Source: Candidatus Latescibacterota bacterium (lineage in GTDB: Bacteria > Latescibacterota > CBDEFO01). Taken from it: a stretch of 64,000 nucleotides of DNA. This document shows positions 30,371-39,800 of this stretch, piece after piece; position 1 is the stretch's first letter, and each line of letters begins with the position of its first letter. The notes under the pieces were generated by a model. That model did no database searches. It was given only the letters and a program-made list of their open reading frames with translations, and had not been told where the DNA came from. Made by a program: the position numbers and the translations under genes. Location: the NCBI GenBank assembly GCA_965237525.1, contig CBDEFO010000004.1:448001-512000 (forward strand), written 5' to 3'.

Positions 30371-30798
30371 TTAATTGGATCTGCCTCTTGAAAGATAATC
30401 TTCCAGCCTTTTCATTACAGCTTCCTTAACGAGTTGCGATTCCTTGCAAGCCCTTTCTGCCGTGTTATGATCCACTACAGGTATTCCCCTGGATCGCGAA
30501 ACTCTACGCCATAGGGAGTTAACCGCACACAACAGGAGATTTCATGACGAAGAGAAGAGTCCACAGAATCAGTGAGGGTTAAGAGTTCATCTAAATCGCG
30601 TGTTTTTCTAAACTCAACCTGGTGGTGGACGAGATACGCCTTCAGGAACTTCTCCGCCGCCTGTTGAGAATGAAAGGCACAGGGAAAATAGTCACCTACC
30701 TCTGAATCCAGAAGAATCTTGGCAGTTTTAAGGTCTGACTCAGCCTTTTGGAGCCACTGTTGCACAAAATCCCAGATTACCTGCTCACGATTTCTCAT
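30371..30798 (-). pseudogene. HEPN domain protein, frameshifted near 30480
   Basis: WLQKAESDL, FHSQQAAEKFLKAYL; degenerate KTRDL and RDPG; helix continues in another frame to 30371. Confidence 0.75.
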
Positions 30799-31174
30799 AA
30801 ATCGCTTCTCCATACTTTGTAGCGGGATATGTTATACCTCCTATGATGTCCTTGGTCTCAGCGAACTCTTCACCACTCACGGAAATGAGCTGAATAGGAA
30901 AGGAAAAATGCCTTAACAGTTTCCTTCGCATCTTGTAGATCTCCTCCGCGCTTAAGCGTGTTTCAGTAATAATTAAAATATCAAGGTCGCTCTCATTAGT
31001 CGGTTCCCCATAAGCGTAAGAGCCAAAGAGGAAGACCTTCTCAGGTTTATATTCCTTTACTATTCTGTCCACGATCTCAATGATTATCTTTCTAACCCTT
31101 GTATTTATCTGCTTCCCAGGCCAGTAAAGCCCCTTTTGGTTGACCTCGTTTGCCACTCTGTTACTCTTATCCAT
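30785..31174 (-). CDS. minimal nucleotidyltransferase (MNT) of MNT-HEPN pair
   Basis: LFGSYAYG.P..ESDLDILII; overlaps HEPN start. Confidence 0.85.
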   Translation of the reverse strand: MDKSNRVANEVNQKGLYWPGKQINTRVRKIIIEIVDRIVKEYKPEKVFLFGSYAYGEPTNESDLDILIITETRLSAEEIYKMRRKLLRHFSFPIQLISVSGEEFAETKDIIGGITYPATKYGEAIYEKS

Positions 31175-31437
31175 GTTTCTCTCCTGTCTCTTGATTCTCT
31201 GACATCCTCTCCTCCAGCCATCTGTCACCTAGAAAGTCCTCTAAACTCTTGAACTTGAGGGACTTCTTTCTCATCTCCTCCAACATCTCCGGGTCTTCCA
31301 CATTTTCTATCCGCTCTAACATCTCCTTGTCGTCACGAAAGTGGGGACGGGTATTTATCAATATCCAGGATTACTGCTGCAGGCTTACGGTCCCGCAGAA
31401 CAATTTCGGGAGCCTTTCTTTTAGCTTTGCGTCTCAT
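31167..31437 (-). pseudogene. small Phd/YefM-like antitoxin, copy A, frameshifted by a ~22-nt insertion
   Basis: GGAGG RBS; PEIVLRDRKPAAVILDID then EMLERIENVEDPEMLEEMRKK in another frame. Confidence 0.55.
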
Positions 31438-31478
31438 ATCTTCACCTCCAATGTCCGCTTTTTCGGTCTATTTGCTGC

Positions 31479-31661
31479 TCATCTGTATACAGAGTTAATC
31501 TCATCTTCCGTCACAGCACCTTCCCTGAGAATTTGGACCTTCCCTTCCAAAAAGGCGATCACTGTGGAGGGCTTTGATCCTGGACCGATTCCTCCATCCA
31601 CTATAAGATCTATTTTGTCTTCAAATTGAGCGGCGACGTGCAAGGCAGATCTGGATGCAGG
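31479..31661 (-). pseudogene. diverged duplicate of tsaC 3' end
   Basis: Colinear with 32391-32573 including identical CGGCGACGTGCAAGGCAGATCTGGATGCAGG. Confidence 0.85.
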
Positions 31662-31806
31662 GCAGCCTATTTGATCTTTTGGTCTAACTCAATAAGTGCC
31701 ATTTTCTAACGATATACCTCACTACGATGCGTGACTCTCATTTCCAACTCTGCATTACATATTACTCCTACTTTGCCCCGTCTTAGTTCCCGCTTTACCC
31801 CTGTCT

Positions 31807-32157
31807 GTCATTCCCGTTTTCGCGGGAATCCAGAATCATACCAACTCATCGTATAAATCCTTCCAGTCTGGATTTGCGTTTTCTATCAACTCAAGTTTCC
31901 ATCTCCTGTTCCATTTCTTCACTCGTTTTTCTCTCTGTATCGCATATTCAATATCGTCGAATTGCTCGTAGTAAACCAATCTATGCACGTTGTAATTGCT
32001 TGTAAATCCAGCAATAAGATTATTCTTGTGCTCATATACTCGTTTTATTATATCGTTCGTAACGCCGATATAAAGTGTGCCATTTCTTTTACTTGCAAGA
32101 ATATAGACATAATAGGCTTTCACAGCATCCCTGGATTCCCGTTTCCACGGGAATGAC
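31807..32157. mobile_element. GIY-YIG gene bracketed by inverted GTCATTCCCG-N6-CGGGAATCCAG palindromes
   Basis: GTCATTCCCGTTTTCGCGGGAATCCAG at 31807-31833 and CTGGATTCCCGTTTCCACGGGAATGAC at 32131-32157. Confidence 0.75.
31836..32123 (-). CDS. stand-alone GIY-YIG nuclease (UPF0213-like)
   Basis: YYVYILASKRNGTLYIGVTND, AIQREKRVKKWNRRWKLELIE, NPDWKDL; GTG start at 32123. Confidence 0.9.
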   Translation of the reverse strand: MKAYYVYILASKRNGTLYIGVTNDIIKRVYEHKNNLIAGFTSNYNVHRLVYYEQFDDIEYAIQREKRVKKWNRRWKLELIENANPDWKDLYDELV

Positions 32158-32349
32158 ATTCATTCATCAAATCGTCCAGCTTCCTGAACTTGAGGGACTT
32201 CCTTCTCATCTCCTCCAACATCTCCAGGTCTTCCACATCTTCTATCCGCTCTAACATTTCACGGCATTCATCAATATCCAGGATTACTGCTGACGGCTTG
32301 CCTTCTCGCAGAACAATTTCGGGAGTGTTTTTTTGGAGTTTCGTCTCAT
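32158..32349 (-). pseudogene. small Phd/YefM-like antitoxin, copy B, -1 frameshift in A-run
   Basis: Colinear with 31250-31437; 3' end abuts the GIY-YIG palindrome. Confidence 0.55.
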
Positions 32350-32396
32350 ATCTTCACCGCCATTGTCCACTATTACAGTTTATTAGCGGCTCATCT

Positions 32397-33071
32397 TTAT
32401 ACAGATTTAATCTCATCTGCCGTTATAGCTCCCTCTCTGAGAATCCGGACTTTTCCTTCCAAAAAGGCAATCACTGTGGATGGCTTTGAGCTTGGGCTGA
32501 TCCCTCCATCTATTATCAGGTCTATTTTGTCTTCGAATTGGACGGCGACGTGCAAGGCAGATCTGGATGCAGGATGGCCTGAGATGTTGGCACTTGTAGA
32601 TGTGATCGGGGATTGAAGTCTCTTCATCAGGGCTTCAACTAAGGGATTGCTGGACAATCTGACGGCTACAGAATCCCCGCCTGCCAAGAGTTCCTTCGGT
32701 AGAGAGTTTTGGGCTCTAAACACAACAGTCAAGGGTCCAGGCCAGAATTTGGCGATAAGTTTTTCTATATCGGCTGGGATTTCTTCGCAGAGATTTGGGA
32801 GCATATCCCGGTGCGGGATGAGTATGCTGATAGCTTTTTCGGGAGATCTACCTTTGATGCCAAAGATTCTCTCAATAGCAGGGATATTGAAAGGGTCAGC
32901 GCCCAGGCCATAGACGGTCTCCGTGGGATATGCTATGACTCCGCCTGATCTTACGGTGTGCGCAGCTCTCTCCAGAAGTTCCTTGTCGGGATCTCTGGGA
33001 TCGACTCTAATTGTGGGGGTATCGTTTCCTTCCCGTTGGAAAAAGGTAAATCGGCTCGTCACGTCATACAC
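32397..33071 (-). CDS. tsaC: L-threonylcarbamoyladenylate synthase (TsaC/YrdC)
   Basis: AYPTETVYGLGAD, KGR, FWPGPLT, TSTSANISG; true start may be downstream of 33071. Confidence 0.93.
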   Translation of the reverse strand: MYDVTSRFTFFQREGNDTPTIRVDPRDPDKELLERAAHTVRSGGVIAYPTETVYGLGADPFNIPAIERIFGIKGRSPEKAISILIPHRDMLPNLCEEIPADIEKLIAKFWPGPLTVVFRAQNSLPKELLAGGDSVAVRLSSNPLVEALMKRLQSPITSTSANISGHPASRSALHVAVQFEDKIDLIIDGGISPSSKPSTVIAFLEGKVRILREGAITADEIKSV

Positions 33072-33530
33072 CTACTTTTCGGACATCTCTGCCCTGTACT
33101 CCAAAAGCTTTTTCCTCACCCCTTCGTCGGAGAGGGCTATGATCTGGGCGGCTAATATCGCTGCGTTTGCGGAGTTTCCTATACCTACTGTCGCTACAGG
33201 GACTCCTCTGGGCATCTGCACTATGGCATAGAGGGCATCCGCTCCAGAGAGGGGACCTACGTCTATGGGGACTCCTATGACCGGAATTAAGGTATTGGCC
33301 GCAAGGGTTCCGGGCAGCCCCGCCGAAAGACCTGCTCCAGCTATTATGACCTTAAGTCCTCTCGATTCGGCGGACAATCCATATTGCGCCGTCCGTTCAG
33401 GATTTCTGTGGGACGATGTAACTACGATCTCGTACGGGATATTGAACTTTTCTAACGTCTTCGCGGCAGCCGACATCGCCTCCTCATCCGACCTGCTGCC
33501 CATTACTATGCCTACCTTCGCTTCGTCCAT
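33072..33530 (-). CDS. purE: N5-CAIR mutase
   Basis: IVMGSRSD, SHRNP, IIAGAG, PVIGVP, VQMPRGVPVATV. Confidence 0.96.
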   Translation of the reverse strand: MDEAKVGIVMGSRSDEEAMSAAAKTLEKFNIPYEIVVTSSHRNPERTAQYGLSAESRGLKVIIAGAGLSAGLPGTLAANTLIPVIGVPIDVGPLSGADALYAIVQMPRGVPVATVGIGNSANAAILAAQIIALSDEGVRKKLLEYRAEMSEK

Positions 33531-33553
33531 ATTCTCCTCGCATAGATGAATGT

Positions 33554-34327
33554 TCAGGACAGAAACGGAAACGTTTCATCCCTTTGTGAATCCGAAAGTT
33601 GCCTTATATACTTACTGATCCTTTCGACTATAATCTCTATATATCTCTCCCCCTTCTCAGCAGTCGCCTTTTTAGGATTCCCGAAGGTAGAATCATCGGT
33701 CAGAAGGTGCCACGGCCGGGTTATCACTGCCCACCCCTTATCTACAGCTTCAAAGCGGCTCTTTCTCACTTTACCATCGCCAGCGTCCTCCATGTGAACC
33801 ACTTCTTCACACAAAGCCAGAGTGACAGCGGCTTCCATTTCGTGGGCGTGTTCGCCGCCTTCTTCGAATATCCCATCGTACACGTCCTGTCCCACCTTCC
33901 ACCAATCGACCGAAGACATGAATACCTCCGTCTCATTGGAAAGTTCCCTCAAAAGGGGGCGAAACTCGTTTCCACCGTGACCGTTTAATATTACTAAATT
34001 CGGCACTTTATGGTAATCTAACGACCTGACTATATCCCCAATAAGAGTGTTAAGCGTCGATTGATGCACATTTATTGTCATTGGGAATTCCATCATATTG
34101 GAGTCCACCCCGTAAGGGATCGAGGGGAGGAGAACGACATTAGCTCCTCTAGCCTCAGCCTCTTGACATATTCTCTTGGCGATCCCTTCGCTTTCTATAG
34201 TATCTGTACCGTAAGGTAGGTGAAAGCCGTGAGGCTCCGTGGATCCCACAGGCAAAACTGCGACCCTGTATTTCTCTTCCTGGACAACCTTGAAGGTTAT
34301 GTTCTTAAGATCCCACCTGGAAGACAT
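33554..34327 (-). CDS. creatininase family amidohydrolase
   Basis: GSTEPHGFHLPYGTD, NGHGGN, EHAHEME. Confidence 0.9.
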   Translation of the reverse strand: MSSRWDLKNITFKVVQEEKYRVAVLPVGSTEPHGFHLPYGTDTIESEGIAKRICQEAEARGANVVLLPSIPYGVDSNMMEFPMTINVHQSTLNTLIGDIVRSLDYHKVPNLVILNGHGGNEFRPLLRELSNETEVFMSSVDWWKVGQDVYDGIFEEGGEHAHEMEAAVTLALCEEVVHMEDAGDGKVRKSRFEAVDKGWAVITRPWHLLTDDSTFGNPKKATAEKGERYIEIIVERISKYIRQLSDSQRDETFPFLS

Positions 34328-34809
34328 CTAAGCTCCATTGTTTGTGTGTTTTCCATCTGTAATACCAAGTGTAGGGGCGAACCCGTGTGGCAGTTGAGAG
34401 GATGATGGTGCAGCAGGCCAAGAAGTGGGTAGGTTGGACGAGAGTCGGCAACAAGCCACGCAGCAGTTTGCCCAAGTTTTGAGGTCAGAAACGCGTGTCT
34501 GCACCCACTATTTATATCTTGAAAATTACAGAGTAAAGTTTCATAAGTCAACAGTTTTTTGCACTCTCGAATTTAACAAGAGCCAATGCTGTGATCCCAA
34601 AGCAGGTTCTACCCGCATTTAGCTTGACAGATGGCATCCAGTGTGCTAAATTGGCCAAGTCCAAAGGAGATAGACGAAACCTTAACGAAAAATGTGGACA
34701 GCAGAGAGAGAGGCAGTCTAAGTGAGATTGCTTCACTAAACCCGACAAGGGATGGGAGGTGGTACTCTGACTACTGTCTACCTGTCTTAATAACCCCTGT
34801 GAGGCGGCT

Positions 34810-35574
34810 GTGAAAGAAAACAGAGTCAAAAAGATGCTGAAAGACGGAAAGATCGTCCTTGGGCCATTTGTAGCGGGGGCCTATCCGGGCACCGTGGAGA
34901 TAATTGGATACGCTGGGTTCGACTTTGCTATTCTGGATATGGAGCACGGCCCGCTGGATGCCCGTTTAGTGGAGGACATGTGCCGCGCTGCGGATGTTTC
35001 AGGCCTTTCTCCCATAATTCGGGTCAGGAAGAACGATCCACCTCAGATTTTAAGAGCCCTCGATATCGGTTCAGCGGGCGTTCAGATCCCTCAGATAGAG
35101 GGCAAAGAGGACGCCCAAGCTGCTTCAAGGGCCGCCAAATATCGCCCATCCGGCGAGCGCGGGCTCTCTCCCTACGTCCGGGCTACTGATTACTCAGCGC
35201 GGGGTACGAAGATTACGGATGAGTTGAACGAAGAGACGATGACGGTAATCCACGTGGAGGGGATAAAGGGCATAGAAAACCTGGGTGACATAATTACTGT
35301 ATCCGATATAGACGTCATCTTCTTAGGCCCATACGATCTGTCTCAGTCTCTCGGAATGCCGGGACAGGTGAAAGATCCCAGAGTAATAAACCATATGAAA
35401 GAGGCAGTCTCAAAGATTCGGGATGCCAAGATGGCGGTGGGAACCTTCGCAGACGACGTTGAGTCCGCCAAGATGTGGATAGATGCAGGAATACAATATA
35501 TATCTATCTCTGTGGATACGGCTATATTCCTCAACGCCTGTAGGAGAATTGTCTCGGACATCAGGACAAGCTAG
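34810..35574 (+). CDS. HpcH/HpaI aldolase family protein
   Basis: DFAILDMEHG, LDIGSAGVQIP, G.RG, FLGPYDLSQSLG. Confidence 0.9.
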   Translation: MKENRVKKMLKDGKIVLGPFVAGAYPGTVEIIGYAGFDFAILDMEHGPLDARLVEDMCRAADVSGLSPIIRVRKNDPPQILRALDIGSAGVQIPQIEGKEDAQAASRAAKYRPSGERGLSPYVRATDYSARGTKITDELNEETMTVIHVEGIKGIENLGDIITVSDIDVIFLGPYDLSQSLGMPGQVKDPRVINHMKEAVSKIRDAKMAVGTFADDVESAKMWIDAGIQYISISVDTAIFLNACRRIVSDIRTS

Positions 35575-35700
35575 TAGAAAGTAGTCAGCAGACAGGGAAA
35601 GGCAGAGCCTAAGACTCTTCAGCCATCAAAGCACCACGGCGCAAAGATATTAGAGTTAGTGTCTTTGTGTCTTACCTGAGCCTTTGCAGCAGCGGAGAGG

Positions 35701-36408
35701 TTGTCCATCAATCGCCGAAAATATAGAATATCTGTCGTCATTCCGGCCTTAGACGAGGCGGATTCCATTGGGAAGGTCCTGGGAGATATTCCCGATGGGC
35801 TGGCGGATGAGATTGTGGTAGTGGACAACGGATCGAGAGACGACACGGCCAGGGTAGCAGAGCGTATGGGACCTAAGGTGGTCTATGAGGAAAAGAGAGG
35901 ATACGGATATGCGTGTCTTGCGGGGATAGCGGCTTTAGAATCTCCGGATGTGGTGGTGTTTATAGATGCGGACTACAGCGACTATCCTGATGAGATGACA
36001 AAGGTGGTCGAGCCCATTCTGTCCGGCAGAGCCGAGATGGTGATAGGTTCGAGAGTTTTGGGCAAAAGAGAAAAGGGCGCGCTCTTGCCTCAAGCCCGGT
36101 TCGGTAACGCTTTATCCTCCCTTTTAATCGGAATCTTTTTCGGAACGAGATATACGGATTTAGGACCCTTTAGGGCCATTTCGTATAGCGATCTTCTAGC
36201 TATGAACATGAAAGACAAGAGCTTCGGCTGGACTGTGGAGATGCAGATCAAAGCGGCAAAGATGGGACTTAGGGTGGAGGAGATCCCCGTAAGCTATCGA
36301 AAGAGGATAGGAACCTCCAAGATAACTGGAACCTTCAAAGGGACGATTGTAGCAGGGGCGAAGATCCTATATACTATATTCAAGCACGGGATTTTCAAGG
36401 GTATATGA
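35701..36408 (+). CDS. glycosyltransferase family 2 (DPM1-like)
   Basis: ISVVIPALDE, VVDNGS.D, FIDADYS, TDLGPFRAI. Confidence 0.9.
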   Translation: MSINRRKYRISVVIPALDEADSIGKVLGDIPDGLADEIVVVDNGSRDDTARVAERMGPKVVYEEKRGYGYACLAGIAALESPDVVVFIDADYSDYPDEMTKVVEPILSGRAEMVIGSRVLGKREKGALLPQARFGNALSSLLIGIFFGTRYTDLGPFRAISYSDLLAMNMKDKSFGWTVEMQIKAAKMGLRVEEIPVSYRKRIGTSKITGTFKGTIVAGAKILYTIFKHGIFKGI

Positions 36409-37412
36409 AAAAATGGTCGGTTTACTTAGGGATCGTTGTAAGCGGGATACTTTTGTGGTGGGCGTTCAGGGATGTGGATCTGGTGAGAGGATTCGAGATA
36501 GTAAAGGACATCAGAGCAGGTTTTCTGATCCCGAGCACTGTCTTCTTTCTTTCGTCCGTATACTTCAGGGCGCTCAGATGGCGGTATCTTCTGTTAGGTC
36601 TTAAGGATATTCCGACAGGTCGTCTCTTTCCCATTCTGTCTGTGGGATTGATGCTGAACAATATACTTCCTGCCAGGGCAGGTGAATTCGGAAGAGCCTA
36701 CCTTGTGGGGAGGAAGCAGAATATAAGCGGTTCGTCCGCCTTTTCCACTGTCTTTGTGGAAAGGGTGACAGATGTGACCATATTGCTCTTCCTTTTGGGG
36801 GGATGTCTGGTCTTTTACAGATCGCTCGCTTTTCGGAGTTCTGACGTTATAAGAGTAGCAGGTTTGAGCCTGCTTTTTATGAATCTTCTCTTGATAGGAG
36901 GGATATGGGGAACGTATAAGTACAGGAGGGTCGCTATCAATCTATTGGACAGATTGCTGAGACCCATATCATCCAAAATCGCCCAAAGGGTCGCAAACAT
37001 GGCCGATGAATTTATCGGCAATCTGAATCTCTTCAAGAGTCCAAAAGACTTCTGGTTGATGATAGCCTGCTCCCTGTGCTTCTGGGCTTCAGCGGCGACT
37101 TCGTTCTACTTTGTCATGTCCTCCTTTTCGATGGATCTGGATCTCGCCGACGCCTTGTTGGTTCAAGTGGTAACCACTTTGGGAGTGGTAATCCCGTCGG
37201 TTCCGGGGTTCATAGGAACATTTCACGGGTTTTGTAGATTGGGTCTTTCGTTTGCCGGGATAAGAGATCCGAATTTAGCCGTAAGTTACGCCGTGGTGAT
37301 ACATCTTCTGCACTGGATCCTTACCAATATCCTGGGTTTCTACTATCTATGGACAGATAAGATGTCCATCTGGACCTTGAGCGAACGATTTGAGGAGACA
37401 AGCAGACAGTAG
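36405..37412 (+). CDS. lysylphosphatidylglycerol synthase TM / flippase-like membrane protein
   Basis: RALRWRYLL, NNILPARAGE..R, ER..D, PSVPGFIGTFH. Confidence 0.87.
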   Translation: MKKWSVYLGIVVSGILLWWAFRDVDLVRGFEIVKDIRAGFLIPSTVFFLSSVYFRALRWRYLLLGLKDIPTGRLFPILSVGLMLNNILPARAGEFGRAYLVGRKQNISGSSAFSTVFVERVTDVTILLFLLGGCLVFYRSLAFRSSDVIRVAGLSLLFMNLLLIGGIWGTYKYRRVAINLLDRLLRPISSKIAQRVANMADEFIGNLNLFKSPKDFWLMIACSLCFWASAATSFYFVMSSFSMDLDLADALLVQVVTTLGVVIPSVPGFIGTFHGFCRLGLSFAGIRDPNLAVSYAVVIHLLHWILTNILGFYYLWTDKMSIWTLSERFEETSRQ

Positions 37413-37628
37413 ACCCGGAACCTGCACCCAACCCGCACCCGCCAGAACCCGCGTCAGGACTCTCTAAAAGACACCTGGGTGCGGGTTTACAGGGTTTTGC
37501 AGTATCTGTTGCATATAGTATGAGAATCATTTACAATACAACAATACCGAAAAACCTGCTCCACCTGCACCCGTCTGGCATAGGTGCAGCAGTTACGGGG
37601 CTTGTAGCGGGTGCAGGTCGGGTGCCGC
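37412..37628. repeat. iteron-like ACCYGCACCC / GGGTGCRGGT repeats around an AT-rich core
   Basis: ACCTGCACCC, ACCCGCACCC near 37420-37440; GGGTGCGGGT near 37477; ACCTGCTCC ACCTGCACCC near 37554; GGGTGCAGGT CGGGTGC near 37609. Confidence 0.6.
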
Positions 37629-37633
37629 TTTAA

Positions 37634-39152
37634 AAGCCTTGTGAAATAGTTATGTCCCAGGCAGCGTCTGAAGCGCCGATTATGGGTCAAAGAGTAGCAT
37701 ATCGTATCGTTTTGCTGTGGAATAAGCAAAATAGTCTTATCAGAGTTCTGGTCAGCAAGGAACAGGAGCTGTTTGAAGAACAGGATGCACTGTCTTTGAC
37801 AGACAGGGCACACATAGACGCTTTCCCCCTTCTTATGAAAGATACAAGCCTCTTGAGATTCTGTACTGTTGCAACAAGATTCAACTGTTCATTCAGTGAG
37901 GCTGGTCCTCTATAACGGGCTCGTCCCATACCGTGTTGTTGCCTGGCTTCAGCAAAGATATGTTCACTGCGTTTACGGAGTCTCCGGGAGAGTTTGTAGT
38001 CAGCTGTTAATGAGATAGACCGTGCATGATTTCTGGCTTTCGCCTCTCGCACTTTTCTATCCCGTTCGGCCTGAATATGTGCTGGATTTGTCTTGTTTTT
38101 CCATGTAGGAATCGGTTCAATCTTCTCATCGGCTCGCAGAGGAATATGGGGTATGATTCCCCGGTCAAGCACATCAGCGATAAAATTACCAGAACCGTAA
38201 CCGGTATCGGCACTAAGTGTCTGAATGTCTTTGGGCATGGTGTATGTTTCAAGGTCATCTACCATCTTAAGGGCACTTTCGGGCTCTGCTGTCCCTGTCG
38301 CCTGCGTGCCCTGAGTCTCAAGGATTACTCTGCTTTTTGTGTCGATCAGATCATGGCCCATAAACGAGAGAAAAGCCCCTTTGCCCTTCGATTTGCTGTA
38401 TAAGCGCGCGTCGGGGTCTGTAGTCGAACGGTGTGTTTGGTTCGTCCACTTTTCACCATGAAAGTCTTTATCCTGAGGATGCCCGGACCTACCCTTTGTC
38501 TTATCACCTTCAAAACCGATTCCCTTGAGATAATCATCAAGAGAAACAGGGGGTTCTATCGGCTCAATACTTTTCACTGAAGCATCAGCTTGTATCTGAG
38601 TGCCGTCGACACTAAGGTGTTTACCGCTCACAAGACCGACATCTATGCAACACTGGACTACCTGACGCATTATCCGTTCAAACAACCCACTGGATGCCCA
38701 CTTGTGATTGCGAAGCTTGTTGATCGTGCTCCTATCCGGAACCGCATCATCAAATGTCTGATGACAAAACAACCGATATGCCGCATGCATCCCCACTTCC
38801 TGACAGAGCCGATTCTCACTCAAATTATACAGATAGCCAATAAGGATCATTCGAACAACTAATTCAGGATCAATACCGGGTCTGCCATTGTCAGGGCAAT
38901 AACAATCTGATACAACGTCTCGTACAAATGAAAAATCAACTGCCTCATCAATCTGACGAAGGATATGATCCTCGGGAACTAAATCCTCCATCTGAAAATA
39001 GTGAAACATCGGATTTGTCTGTTCCTGCTTTTGTGGGGTCATTGTTTCCTCCATGTATAATATTATCAATAACATAATATAATACATCGGAACTGCTTTA
39101 TCAATGCTTGTTTTATACTATTTTCTGAATCTAAGGGTTTTTCACAAGGCTT
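37634..39152 (-). mobile_element. IS1182-like insertion sequence, copy 1 (1519 bp)
   Basis: Terminal IRs AAGCCTTGTGAAA / TTTCACAAGGCTT; 4-bp TSD TTAA (37630-37633, 39153-39156). Confidence 0.92.
37687..39087 (-). CDS. IS1182-family DDE transposase
   Basis: LVPEDHILR..GRPGIDP (DUF772-like), VDGT, ADTGY, RKRSEHIFAEAR; start may be a downstream ATG. Confidence 0.9.
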   Translation of the reverse strand: MYYIMLLIILYMEETMTPQKQEQTNPMFHYFQMEDLVPEDHILRQIDEAVDFSFVRDVVSDCYCPDNGRPGIDPELVVRMILIGYLYNLSENRLCQEVGMHAAYRLFCHQTFDDAVPDRSTINKLRNHKWASSGLFERIMRQVVQCCIDVGLVSGKHLSVDGTQIQADASVKSIEPIEPPVSLDDYLKGIGFEGDKTKGRSGHPQDKDFHGEKWTNQTHRSTTDPDARLYSKSKGKGAFLSFMGHDLIDTKSRVILETQGTQATGTAEPESALKMVDDLETYTMPKDIQTLSADTGYGSGNFIADVLDRGIIPHIPLRADEKIEPIPTWKNKTNPAHIQAERDRKVREAKARNHARSISLTADYKLSRRLRKRSEHIFAEARQQHGMGRARYRGPASLNEQLNLVATVQNLKRLVSFIRRGKASMCALSVKDSASCSSNSSCSLLTRTLIRLFCLFHSKTIRYATL

Positions 39153-39548
39153 TTAAATATCCCCCTCTTTCCTAAGTCTCAGGCCAACGTAGTACGTCTT
39201 TCCATGTGACCTGCGCCTTTCAAATCTTTCTCCCATTCGTCTTCCAAACTTTGTTTTGCTCTCCGGGAAAAGCCCCCTTTCTTGGCACCCTTTGACGTAC
39301 GCTTCGTATGCCTCTCCAGCCTCTACTATGTACTCCTTCCTGACCTTCTCCTGGAACTTCTTGTATCCCTCTGGATCTTCCCTCTCAAACTCCTCCATAA
39401 ACGCTTGCATTACCTCCTCCGGTATGTGCAGCTCACCTGGTTCGTTCTCAAGCCTCTCGTACTCCTCCGGATCTTCCCTCTCTAGCCTCTCCGCACCCTC
39501 ATTTATCTCCCTGAACAGCCTATCTAAATAAGGTCCAAACTTAGACAT
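39153..39548 (-). CDS. small protein with D5/P4 primase-helicase C-terminal winged-helix-like domain
   Basis: EAYEAYVKGCQERGLFPESKTKFGRRMGERFERRRSHGKTYYVGLRLR; GGGGG RBS; upstream TTGACA-17 nt-TACATT on minus strand. Confidence 0.62.
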   Translation of the reverse strand: MSKFGPYLDRLFREINEGAERLEREDPEEYERLENEPGELHIPEEVMQAFMEEFEREDPEGYKKFQEKVRKEYIVEAGEAYEAYVKGCQERGLFPESKTKFGRRMGERFERRRSHGKTYYVGLRLRKEGDI

Positions 39549-39800
39549 CTTTAACCCCCTTTTTGGGTAATCTGTGTTGTAGTGTACAGGTGTATAGTAT
39601 AATGTAATCTATATCGCTCGTCTTGTCAAGAAAAAATGTCAGGTGCAAAAAAAATTACGGAGGATCGCAAATGGACACGGACAGATCACAAAAAAGGCTT
39701 GCAAAAACGTTGCAAGTATGTATATTTTAATATCTGATCTATTTTGACAATTGGAAGCCAGGAGTGAAGTAATTTATTAGCTGCATTTAAGGGAGAGGAA

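Noticed and set aside
37412..37628. CRISPR array
   Set aside because: Repeats are about 10 bp, in both orientations, irregularly spaced; no cas genes
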